Shown here: piece after piece, positions 1 to 7,854 of the stretch
Layout of the letters: each line of letters starts with the position of its first letter
Position numbering within the stretch: the stretch's first letter is position 1
Source of the DNA: a virus
Lineage: Duplodnaviria > Caudoviricetes
Strand: one strand, 5' to 3'
IMG/VR virus record: IMGVR_UViG_3300012940_000077
Coordinates: 1-30,989 of that record
Length of the DNA stretch: 30,989 nucleotides
Notes under the pieces: model-generated
Databases searched by the model: none
The model's input: the letters and a program-made list of their open reading frames with translations, nothing else
Told to the model about the DNA's origin: nothing
Position numbers and translations under genes: made by a program

Positions 1-132
1 CTTCATCTCGGTCTCGATCTTGGTGGCGATCTCCATCAGCAGATCGTTGACCGTGGTCTGGGCGTTGTTCGCGGCAGCGCGCAGATCCTTCTCCAGGTTC
101 ACCAGGTCGAGGACCGCTGCGTCCTGGGTCAC
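1..132 (-). CDS. 5' part of a putative HK97 gp10-like neck/tail-completion protein (runs off the window)
   Basis: Not in the ORF track. GTG at 132 overlaps the upstream TGA (GTGA). Reads MTQDAAVLDLVNLEKDLRAAANNAQTTVNDLLMEIATKIETEMK to the edge. Position after the head-closure gene fits this role. Confidence 0.55.
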   Translation of the reverse strand, partial: MTQDAAVLDLVNLEKDLRAAANNAQTTVNDLLMEIATKIETEMK

Positions 133-551
133 TTGTCCTCTCCCTCGAAGTCGGTGAAGCGCACGGACATGACGCGCGAGCCACGCAGTCCGCCACCCCG
201 AGTGGTGCTCAGCACGAGCAGCGAGCGGCCCACGAGCTTGGGGTCGTCCGAGCCGGTGATCGTCACGACGTCGTTGGGCTCGGTCATCTCCGCGTCGTAG
301 GGGATCGACAGGTAGGTCTGGGCGACGGAGAACGTCTGACCGTTGATCTCCGTGCGACCTCCGCCACGAACCTCCCACAGACGACAGCGGCCGTTGTAGA
401 CCTCGGTGCCGTTGACGGTGGTGGTCTTGCGGGTCACGGGGTCGTACTCCACGTGGACCGGGCCAGGGCGCGTGATGACACAGGAGTCCGTCATCAGCTC
501 CGTGGCCCGGCCACGCAGGTACGCACGAGCGAAGGGCGAGATGCGCGTCAC
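129..551 (-). CDS. Head-to-tail stopper / head-closure protein (DUF6093-like)
   Basis: 140 aa with the MxDxCxIxRP...YDP...VYxGRCR pattern seen in actinophage stoppers. Follows the adaptor gene with a 4-bp overlap. Confidence 0.7.
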   Translation of the reverse strand: MTRISPFARAYLRGRATELMTDSCVITRPGPVHVEYDPVTRKTTTVNGTEVYNGRCRLWEVRGGGRTEINGQTFSVAQTYLSIPYDAEMTEPNDVVTITGSDDPKLVGRSLLVLSTTRGGGLRGSRVMSVRFTDFEGEDK

Positions 552-1036
552 GGGACCGCCTCACCCCACTGCCCGCTCTGCCAGGAGTCCAGCAGATCGG
601 AGGTGTCTCCGTAGTCCTGTCGACCGGCCTCCGGGTTGTCGTGCATCCGGGTGCCGAACGCCAGCGGAGCCACGTCCGGATACAGACGCTTGTCGGCTTC
701 CATGCCGCCCGCATAGAGTGAAGAGCCGCCGACAAGCGCGTCCTCATGCTGCTCACGCAGCTGCTGCGACAGGCGCGAGTACTTCTCCTGGAGCTGGTCC
801 AGGGAGAGCGTCTGACCGTCAGAGTTGATGGTCACCTCGCGAGCCAGCTTGGCGGAGATGGCATCGCACGCCATCGCAGCGACGTAGTACGGCGTGCCCT
901 TGGCGATCCACTCCTGGTACAGCCAGTTGATCTCAGCGTCCTCCAGGAAGTACTCCGACTCGTCCGTGTCCCCCGTGAGGAAGCGGATCGTGTCGACCGG
1001 CGTCGCGCCGGGGGCACCGTCGTACGTGAAGACCAT
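548..1036 (-). CDS. Head-to-tail adaptor
   Basis: 162 aa with IRFLTGDTD...LEDAEI...AAMACDAI, typical of gp15/gp6-like adaptors. Lies two genes after the major capsid gene. Confidence 0.7.
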   Translation of the reverse strand: MVFTYDGAPGATPVDTIRFLTGDTDESEYFLEDAEINWLYQEWIAKGTPYYVAAMACDAISAKLAREVTINSDGQTLSLDQLQEKYSRLSQQLREQHEDALVGGSSLYAGGMEADKRLYPDVAPLAFGTRMHDNPEAGRQDYGDTSDLLDSWQSGQWGEAVP

Positions 1037-1641
1037 CAGAGCTCCAGGATGCCCTTGCGCGCCTTGCCGTCCTTCTCGGCGGCCAGCACGTCATCCTTGC
1101 GGTCCGGGTGCTCCTCGATGTACGCCTTGACCTCATCGACCGTGTGGTCGCCGGGGTCGAAGCTGTCGATCTCCTCGGTGTTCGAGGGCGAGGTGGGCTC
1201 TCCCGTCACGACCTCCGGGTTCTCACCCGCGGGCTCGTCCACGTTCACGGCATCCTCCTTCTCCTGCTTGGTGGGTGCGGCGACGCGGTTACGACGACGA
1301 GCGAACTCCTCGTCGGCCTCACGCTGCCGCGCGGCGAGCTTCGACTGCTCGTCGCTGTTCACTGCCTCCTGGGAAGCAGCGGACACCTCGGTGATGGTGG
1401 TTCCGTCCTTGCCCGCCTCGATGGCGGCGATGGCCTCAGCCTTGGTCTGCACGGCGTTGAACACGTGCGGGGGCAGCGTGTCGTACCCCTTGTCCGGCGT
1501 CACGGCGTAGATGTAGCCCGCGCTGATGAACGACTCCAGCCAGGGGATCGACTCCACCTGCGCCTTGGTCAGCTCGTCGCCGGGCTCCACGGTGTCCTCG
1601 CCCACGTCGAACGTGCGGCCTGCGAGGTACTTGATGCTCAT
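1036..1641 (-). CDS. Acidic virion-associated protein with C-terminal HeH/LEM-like small helical domain
   Basis: 201 aa with AAGGAGAG RBS. C-terminal FDPGDHTVDEVKAYIEEH...VLAAEKDGKARKGIL is a pattern common in the gene after the capsid gene. Confidence 0.6.
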   Translation of the reverse strand: MSIKYLAGRTFDVGEDTVEPGDELTKAQVESIPWLESFISAGYIYAVTPDKGYDTLPPHVFNAVQTKAEAIAAIEAGKDGTTITEVSAASQEAVNSDEQSKLAARQREADEEFARRRNRVAAPTKQEKEDAVNVDEPAGENPEVVTGEPTSPSNTEEIDSFDPGDHTVDEVKAYIEEHPDRKDDVLAAEKDGKARKGILEL

Positions 1642-1651
1642 CTCTCTCCTT

Positions 1652-1703
1652 CAAGCCGAGAGGGGTCGAGGCCAGTTGACCCCGACCCCTCTGCGTGGGC
1701 TTG
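1652..1703 (-). terminator. Stem-loop immediately downstream of the major capsid gene (terminator/attenuator)
   Basis: Inverted repeat agaggggtcg (1659-1668) / cgacccctct (1683-1692), with outer arms caagcc (1652-1657) / ggcttg (1698-1703). No long U-tract. Confidence 0.6.
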
Positions 1704-1709
1704 CTGCGA

Positions 1710-2708
1710 TCAGGCCACAGCGTTGCTCAGGAACACCCCGAGGTCCGACCCGACGACCTTCATGTCGTAGGTCATCTCCGCCTCCACGCGGTCCGCGGCG
1801 ATGTGCTCCATGCGGAAGCGCTTCACACGCAGGCCCTGGCCGTTGCCACCGAGGTAGCCGTTCCAGGTGAAGGTGTAGCCCGCGGCGGGCTGCATGAGGC
1901 CGGGGCTGCTCGGCGTGTAGCACAGGAGCGCCGACTTCGAGTCCGCGATGAAGCCGAACGAGGCCGCGGCGTCCTGCGCCTTGGCGTCCGGGATCTGCGG
2001 GCCGGTCGCACGCGTCGCGTACGACACCAGCACGCGCTCGACGTCGAGGAGCGTCGCGATGAGGTCCTCGGTGACGATGCCGCGCTGGGTGTACTTGATG
2101 CGGTCGATGATGGCCGGGTGGTTCTTGAGCGCGTTGATCACGTGCGCGCCGAGCACCAGCGTGTTGGCCTTGAAGCCGGTCTGCTGGATGAACGTCGTCT
2201 GGAGGTCCGCGAAGAGCTTGATCGGGTCAGAGCTCGCGTTGTTCCACTGGACGAACTGGTTGGACGTCGGGCCAGACGCGACACCCGTGAGGTCCGTGCC
2301 CCACACGCCGGTCTTGAAGTAGCGCGCCACCCAGTCGATGTCACGCTTCAGCAGGAGCTGGTTCGTGATGAACTGCGTCGCCTCGGAGTCGAGCTTGAAC
2401 GTCGAGTCGGCGTTCGCCCGCACCTGGTCGTCGATGTCCTTGTGGACCGCGTACACGTGAGCGAAGTAGCTGTCCGTGTCCATGTTCCAGCCGACACCGG
2501 GGGACTCGGTGGCAGGCGCGCGACGCTCGACGTCAGTACGACGCCAGTCGCTCTTGGAGTACTTCCAGTACAGATCCGACTGCTTCTGCACGGCCACCTT
2601 GGGGAAGACCTTGGTGGCGATGAACGCGTCGGCCTTCTGGATGTAGGCGACGCTCACGTTCGTCAGCGGAACGTTGACGTGCAGATCAGCCTGAGTGGGG
2701 TTCGGCAT
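1710..2708 (-). CDS. Major capsid protein (HK97 fold, capsid-E-like)
   Basis: 332 aa. N-terminal HVNVPLTNVSVAYIQ...FIATKVFPKVAVQKQSD and C-terminal DMKVVGSDLGVFLSNAVA match major capsid proteins of this type. Gene order is scaffold, decoration, capsid. Confidence 0.9.
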   Translation of the reverse strand: MPNPTQADLHVNVPLTNVSVAYIQKADAFIATKVFPKVAVQKQSDLYWKYSKSDWRRTDVERRAPATESPGVGWNMDTDSYFAHVYAVHKDIDDQVRANADSTFKLDSEATQFITNQLLLKRDIDWVARYFKTGVWGTDLTGVASGPTSNQFVQWNNASSDPIKLFADLQTTFIQQTGFKANTLVLGAHVINALKNHPAIIDRIKYTQRGIVTEDLIATLLDVERVLVSYATRATGPQIPDAKAQDAAASFGFIADSKSALLCYTPSSPGLMQPAAGYTFTWNGYLGGNGQGLRVKRFRMEHIAADRVEAEMTYDMKVVGSDLGVFLSNAVA

Positions 2709-2723
2709 TGCTCAGATCCTCTC

Positions 2724-3140
2724 TCAGTTGACCCGCAGGAGGACGCTGACGAGCTCGTCGGCCCCCGATGCTGCGGTGATGGCGATACCCAGGACGACCG
2801 GCGTACCGGTGCCAGGCTTGGGAACGGCCCGACCGTTCGTGTCGGCCGAGACCTCCTGCCCCGGCGTGATGGCCGCACCAGCCATCACGTTCGAGATGCC
2901 ACGGATCGCGACCGTCGCAGCCTGACCGGTGGTCTGGGGCTTGTTCTGGAGAACACCGACCGCGAGGTCCGTGTTCGCCGTGACCTGCCCGACCTGGTGA
3001 CGGCCAGTGATCTTCACGAAGCGGTACTGCTTGCCGTAGTTCGGGTTGGCGGAGCCGGGGACGCTCGGGACCCCGGTGTAGGTCGCCAGCGAGCTGTCCG
3101 CGTCGAGCGAGACAGACCGGAGGCTCTCCTCGTAGGCCAT
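2724..3140 (-). CDS. Capsid decoration/cement protein (DUF2190-like)
   Basis: 138 aa with QYRFVK...AVGVLQNKP...GQAATVAIRGISNVMAGAAITPGQEVSADTNGRAV. GAGGAGG RBS, directly upstream of the capsid gene. Confidence 0.8.
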   Translation of the reverse strand: MAYEESLRSVSLDADSSLATYTGVPSVPGSANPNYGKQYRFVKITGRHQVGQVTANTDLAVGVLQNKPQTTGQAATVAIRGISNVMAGAAITPGQEVSADTNGRAVPKPGTGTPVVLGIAITAASGADELVSVLLRVN

Positions 3141-3159
3141 CTTCTTCCTCCTCTGTCTC

Positions 3160-3978
3160 TCAGCGAGCGGTCTGCTCGGCCAGGTACTCGTCGTACGCGG
3201 CGGGGTTGTCCTCGAAGGTCTTGGAGATCAGCTCCTCGCGCGAGCCGTCACCCTTGGAGACCAGACCCTCGATGTGGTCCTCGACCGCGGCGAAGATGTC
3301 GCTGTTCGCGCCACCGCCACGCTTGCCGATCTCCTCGAAGAGCTGGCCGGTCGCCTCGGAGCCCACAGCGAGCGCCTTGGCGATGACCTCGCAGTCCTCG
3401 TGGCTGAGCGTCTCGGCGCAGCGCTTGAGGACCGGGCCGAGAACCTCCGGGTCGATGCCCACGTTGAAGTTCTTCGCGACCTCGGTGTACTCGCGGTCCA
3501 GGCGGAGCTGACGCTCGGCCTCCGCGGTCTCCGCGGCGCTCTTGGCGACCCGCTCGTACTCGGCCACCTTGTCGAACGCCTTCGAGATCACCTCGTCGCG
3601 CTCCTTGTCCGTGAGGGCCTTGGAGAGCTCCTCGCGAAGGGACGCGACCGAGGTCGTCTCGTGGTTCTTGGCGACCTGGGTGCGGAACGGGTTCTCGTCG
3701 TCAGCACGCTTGCCGACCGTCGCGAGCTCCTGCTCCTGCACCTCCTCGTCCTCGGCGGCGAGCTCGAACGCCTCGCCGTCCGCGTCGTAGACCACATCGC
3801 CCAGCTCCAGCGAGGCGACGTCGACGGGGTTGCCCTCCGCGTCGAAGTACTCGTCCATCATGTCCTCCTCGTCATGCCGCTTGGCGATGACAGTCCGTGC
3901 GTGCTGGTTGGCACCCTTGTCGACCAGAGAGATCTCATCGATCTCCAGGTCGCGCAGTTCCTTGACCTTGCGGGCCAT
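3160..3978 (-). CDS. Capsid scaffolding protein with N-terminal protease-like peptide
   Basis: 272 aa, acidic and helical, ending PAAYDEYLAE. N-terminus ELRDLEIDEISLVDKGAN resembles the EvSlVdxpAN segment of S78/XkdF proteases. Confidence 0.75.
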   Translation of the reverse strand: MARKVKELRDLEIDEISLVDKGANQHARTVIAKRHDEEDMMDEYFDAEGNPVDVASLELGDVVYDADGEAFELAAEDEEVQEQELATVGKRADDENPFRTQVAKNHETTSVASLREELSKALTDKERDEVISKAFDKVAEYERVAKSAAETAEAERQLRLDREYTEVAKNFNVGIDPEVLGPVLKRCAETLSHEDCEVIAKALAVGSEATGQLFEEIGKRGGGANSDIFAAVEDHIEGLVSKGDGSREELISKTFEDNPAAYDEYLAEQTAR

Positions 3979-4025
3979 CTCACTACCTCGCTACTAGTGT
4001 CATGAGGGGCGCAACACCCTCTTGG

Positions 4026-6014
4026 TCACGAAAGCGGAAGAGCCTTGTAAGAGCGGCCCCGGGTCTTCTTGTGGTCAGCGATCTTCTTGCCTCCCACGAC
4101 TGCCCCGACGCCACCAGCGACCAGGGCAGCGCCCTTACCGCCGTGGGCACCGATGGCCTTGAGCTGCTTCGTCGTCACCGCTCCGGACTTCAGCCCGGTG
4201 CGGAGGTTGCTGCCAGCGCGCTTGAGCCTGGTGGCCCCAGCCGCACCCGCGGCACCGCCTGCGATGTACGCGCCAGCGGAGTAGCCCTCCAGGCGCTTCT
4301 GTCGCGAGCGCTCGGGGTCGTACGCCTTGGCGAACGCCTCGAAGGACTTCGTGACACCAGCACGCTGCTTGCGCTGGCGAGAGATCGCGCGCTCGTGGGT
4401 GTTGCGCTTGTGGTTGGCGTAGGACTGCACGCCAGCGCCAGTACCCACCGCAGCGACACCAGCACCCGCCAGGGCGACACCAGGCTTGCGGCGCAGGATG
4501 GCTCCACCGACACGAGCGTGGTTCTTGGCCGACTGCTTGAGACCGTTGCCCACAGCGCGGTTGCCACGCGAAGTCGCCCGTACCGCGCTGGCAGCCGAGG
4601 AGAAGTCACCAGGCTTCGACAGGGCCGTGCCTGCCGCGATGCCACCGATGCCCGCCGCGATGGTCGCGTTCGCCTTTCGCTTGGTGCGGTTGGCGCGCTT
4701 GATCTCGGCCTTGTGCTCCTCGATGTTGCGCCAGTCCTTGGCCTTGGCGAACGCCTCGAAGTTCTTGCCCACCGCCTGCTTCTTCTTGCGGCTGTTGTAC
4801 GTCGCACCGCCAGCAGCGCCCGCAGCCAGACCAGCCGCGCCACCCGCCAGCGCCATGTTGCGACGACGGTTGTCCCTGCCAGCAGCAGTGCCAGCCGTCG
4901 CGGTCATGGTCCGGTTGCCGCTCGCAGGCCGAAGCGTGAGCCCGCCGCCGCTCGCAGCGCCACCACCGATCTGGTTGCGGCCACGGTTGGCCAGACGCGA
5001 CTGCGAGCCCCGCGTGGCAGGGCCGGAAGGGCGCATCGTGAACTTGGTGCTCGGCGGACGCTGGAACGTCGGGATCGGGTTGGTGCCGCGCGTGCCGAAG
5101 CGCGTCAGCGGCTTGCCCGGGGTCTTCGGAGGCTTCACGCCCTGGGCCGCCCGGCCGAACGCACTCACGCGCACGACCTTGGAGACCTCCACCGACTTCT
5201 TGACCTTGCGGGGCTCGTAGCGACCAGCGGCGCGGTTCTCCCGGTTGGCACGGTCGACACCCACTGCATGTCCAGCGAGACCACCCGTGTAGCCACCAGC
5301 GAGCGCGCCAGCGCCAGCCGCACGTCGCGTGTTCCGGCTGCCCAGTGCATCCTTGGTGGCGCGCAGCGCGTAGCGACCGCCGCCCGGCAGGCCAGCCCCG
5401 CGACCCTTGCCGCCTGTGGTGATCTGACGAGCCTTGGCACCCTTGCTCGCAGCGCGGAACGCGCTGAGGTGCGTCTTGCCGCGCGAGGCTGCGACGGCAC
5501 CACCCAGGAGAGCTGCGCCACCGAGAGCGCCAGCAGCAGCGCCACCGTACGCACCTGCCAGGGTGTGCTTGGCGTTGGTCTTCGTCGCCGCGATCCGCTC
5601 GCCGCGCTTCACCTTCGCGCCGATGAGGTTGTCCTTGGCGCGGTCGCTCAGCTTGGAGACTTCCTCAGCGAAGGGGTTGGTGTCCATCTTCTTCACGCGT
5701 GCCTTCCTGGACTCCTGCGACTGGATCGCGGCGAAGTTGAACCCGCCGACGCCACCGACGCCAGCGGATGCGGTCGTGAGGCCACCGGCCGACCCAGCAG
5801 CCTTCCCGGCGATGCGCTTGGCCTTGCCCGTGGTGCGCAGGGATGCACCGCGGTTGTGCGCGACCCGCACGAGCTTGGTGCCGAGCTTCTGCGCACCCTT
5901 GGACTTCAGACCAGCGGCTCCGAGCGCAGCGACACCCAGGGTGGCCCCAGCGGTGCTGAGGTAGCCCTGAGCACGCTTGTGCTGGGCGAGCTGCTTGTCG
6001 CTCCAGGTGGCCAT
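4026..6014 (-). CDS. Very basic Gly/Ala-rich multi-module (glycine-zipper) protein, putative processed internal virion polyprotein
   Basis: 662 aa, K/R-rich, with repeated GxxxG hydrophobic helices. Junctions NPFAEEVSK, SVEVSK and FEAFAK (twice). Sits between the protease and scaffold genes. Confidence 0.65.
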   Translation of the reverse strand: MATWSDKQLAQHKRAQGYLSTAGATLGVAALGAAGLKSKGAQKLGTKLVRVAHNRGASLRTTGKAKRIAGKAAGSAGGLTTASAGVGGVGGFNFAAIQSQESRKARVKKMDTNPFAEEVSKLSDRAKDNLIGAKVKRGERIAATKTNAKHTLAGAYGGAAAGALGGAALLGGAVAASRGKTHLSAFRAASKGAKARQITTGGKGRGAGLPGGGRYALRATKDALGSRNTRRAAGAGALAGGYTGGLAGHAVGVDRANRENRAAGRYEPRKVKKSVEVSKVVRVSAFGRAAQGVKPPKTPGKPLTRFGTRGTNPIPTFQRPPSTKFTMRPSGPATRGSQSRLANRGRNQIGGGAASGGGLTLRPASGNRTMTATAGTAAGRDNRRRNMALAGGAAGLAAGAAGGATYNSRKKKQAVGKNFEAFAKAKDWRNIEEHKAEIKRANRTKRKANATIAAGIGGIAAGTALSKPGDFSSAASAVRATSRGNRAVGNGLKQSAKNHARVGGAILRRKPGVALAGAGVAAVGTGAGVQSYANHKRNTHERAISRQRKQRAGVTKSFEAFAKAYDPERSRQKRLEGYSAGAYIAGGAAGAAGATRLKRAGSNLRTGLKSGAVTTKQLKAIGAHGGKGAALVAGGVGAVVGGKKIADHKKTRGRSYKALPLS
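4324..4761. repeat. 21-bp exact direct repeat gccttggcgaacgcctcgaag (4324-4344 and 4741-4761) encoding FEAFAKA
   Basis: Read directly from the sequence. The flanking sequences are unrelated. Confidence 0.9.
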
Positions 6015-6017
6015 GGG

Positions 6018-6392
6018 TCAGCGGTTGCCCTTCTTCATGTACCCGAGCTTGCGAGAGTTGCGCATCGAGGCCATCGTTCCGTGGGCGGTACCAACCCCGG
6101 CACCGATGGAGCTACCGGCCATCTGCGCTCCGGCGCTGCGCCCACGCGTGGCGAGCGCTGCGGCAGTTCCGCCGATGAGCGAGCCACCTGCGCCCTCCGC
6201 GACGCCGCGTCCCAGGGCCTTCAGGCCGACCTTGGCCTTCTTGCCGTCCTTGGCCTTGGAGCCCGCGTAGATGGAGCCGACCGGAGCTAGGCCCGCGTTG
6301 AGCGCGCCGCCGATCTTCTCGGTGCGGTTGAACTTCTTGTTGTCGGCCTTGCTCACGGTCTCGCCGTGGTCCACACCGAATGCGCTGATCAT
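6018..6392 (-). CDS. MISAFGVDHG-leader protein 1: small basic glycine-zipper protein (124 aa)
   Basis: Start reassigned to ATG 6392, which overlaps the protease stop (ATGA). Reads MISAFGVDHGETVSK then a basic Gly-zipper body. Confidence 0.75.
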   Translation of the reverse strand: MISAFGVDHGETVSKADNKKFNRTEKIGGALNAGLAPVGSIYAGSKAKDGKKAKVGLKALGRGVAEGAGGSLIGGTAAALATRGRSAGAQMAGSSIGAGVGTAHGTMASMRNSRKLGYMKKGNR

Positions 6393-7330
6393 GCCTCGAT
6401 CTCCACTTCCTGTCGTCGACCCGATCCGTGGATCGAGAACATCGGGCGGTCGCCCTTCTTCACGAGGTCCCAGGTCGCGTCGTCGTGGACCTGGAAGCCG
6501 ACCCACCACCCGGTGGGAGAGTTCGCCGGGAGGCCGAGGGCCTCCTTCTTCTCCGGCGTGATCACCACGGACTCGATGAGATCCGCGACGTGCTTGGGGC
6601 CTTCGCCATCGCGCAGGTGCATGTCGCCACCCTTGCGGGACTTGGAGATGTAGGCGTGCGCCGCCTTCTCGATCTCCTCGATGGTCACGTAGTCACCCTG
6701 GAGGTCGACCACGGGCTTGCCGTCCACCTCGGTGATGGAGGCCCAGCCGTAGACCTGGCGCTTGTCCTCCAGTGCCTTGGACACGCGGGCCTCGACCTTG
6801 AACGAGCCCGACCCTCGCGAGGCCGTGATCATCGGCTTCGGCAGCTTGCGAGCAGCGGTCTCTGCGTGGGAGAGCGCCTTGAGCTGCACCTTGCGGCGAG
6901 GGTCGAGCTCGTCCTTCTTGGCGACGGGCTTCTTGCGCTTGTCCGCGATGGACTTCGTGGACGCGGCGTCAGCGGAGACGTTGAACACCTGTCCGGCGAG
7001 CGCGGCACCAGCCAGGGGCACTGCGGCCTTCGGGCTCTTCAGCGCGCGCAGAACGCGCCCCTGGGGCTTGGGCCTGACCAGGCTGGTGCCGGGTCTACGG
7101 GTCCGACCAGCCTTGGATCGGACGTCACGGGCGAGGGCCGGGAGCGTCATTGCACCCAGCCCGGCAGAGGCAGCGTTGGCGGCGACCAGGCCCTTGTCCG
7201 TGTTGGACAGGCCGGACTCCTTCTTCTTCTTGGGCTCGCGAGACTTGACGATCTCCCAGGCCCCTTCCCCGTACAGGGCCTTGGCGACCGCCATGAACTC
7301 ATCGTGCTCGATGCGTCGCAGCTGTCCCAT
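6389..7330 (-). CDS. Prohead (capsid maturation) serine protease, XkdF/Peptidase_S78_2-like, with N-terminal basic extension
   Basis: C-terminal ~135 aa: RQVYGWAS...VDLQGDYVTIEEIEKAAHAY...GGDMH...IESVV...GWWVGFQVHDDATWDLVKKG...FSIHG, with the expected His and Ser. Start taken at ATG 7330 (MGQLRR); the start is uncertain. Confidence 0.85.
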   Translation of the reverse strand: MGQLRRIEHDEFMAVAKALYGEGAWEIVKSREPKKKKESGLSNTDKGLVAANAASAGLGAMTLPALARDVRSKAGRTRRPGTSLVRPKPQGRVLRALKSPKAAVPLAGAALAGQVFNVSADAASTKSIADKRKKPVAKKDELDPRRKVQLKALSHAETAARKLPKPMITASRGSGSFKVEARVSKALEDKRQVYGWASITEVDGKPVVDLQGDYVTIEEIEKAAHAYISKSRKGGDMHLRDGEGPKHVADLIESVVITPEKKEALGLPANSPTGWWVGFQVHDDATWDLVKKGDRPMFSIHGSGRRQEVEIEA

Positions 7331-7439
7331 GGCTACATCATGCAGATGCGCGCCAGACCCTCTTCCGGGTCTCCATACACTCAAGTCGGGATCATGAAAC
7401 GGTCCCACTGGTCAGGGCATCAAGCAGGGCGGAGAAGTT

Positions 7440-7853
7440 GTGACTGACGAAGCCGGAAGGACTCCGACTGCGTGGGAACTCCTGCGCACGATGGATCAGA
7501 TCCGTCAGAGTCAGGAACGCGTCGAGGCTCGGATGGTGACCAAGGACGAGTTCCAGGCTTGGCAGCAGGGAACCGACCGACGCTTCACAGAGCAAGAGCG
7601 ACAGATCTCCGACGCTCGCACGACGGCCGCTGGAGAGATGGCGAAGCAGGCAGCCAAGATGGACGCGATGGAGAAGCGCCTCATCACGGAGATCGAGAAG
7701 GTGGAGACGGACGCCGACACCAAGATCAAGGCAGAGGCGGCCAAGCGGGAGAAGCTCGAAGACCAGCAGCGCGACACACGGCTGCGAATCTGGGTGGGCA
7801 TCCTCCTCGTAGCAGCTGGGGTGATCATCCCCAAGATCCTGGAGCTGGTCTGA
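7440..7853 (+). CDS. Coiled-coil protein with C-terminal transmembrane helix (possible lysis accessory)
   Basis: 137 aa, GGAG RBS, GTG start. Helical body followed by IWVGILLVAAGVIIPKIL. Confidence 0.7.
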   Translation: MTDEAGRTPTAWELLRTMDQIRQSQERVEARMVTKDEFQAWQQGTDRRFTEQERQISDARTTAAGEMAKQAAKMDAMEKRLITEIEKVETDADTKIKAEAAKREKLEDQQRDTRLRIWVGILLVAAGVIIPKILELV

Positions 7854-7854
7854 G

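Noticed and set aside
4026-6014. Tape measure protein call for the Ala/Gly-rich 662-aa ORF
   Set aside because: It lies between protease and scaffold, is strongly basic, has no upstream tail tube or chaperone genes, and lacks the aromatic periodicity typical of tape measures.
6393-6509. Longer N-termini given by the ORF track (6018..6509, also 21859..22545, 23426..23926, 27913..28371, 28278..28676, 29698..30207, 29859..30158)
   Set aside because: The extensions overlap upstream genes. Internal starts with an RBS or stop-start coupling fit better.
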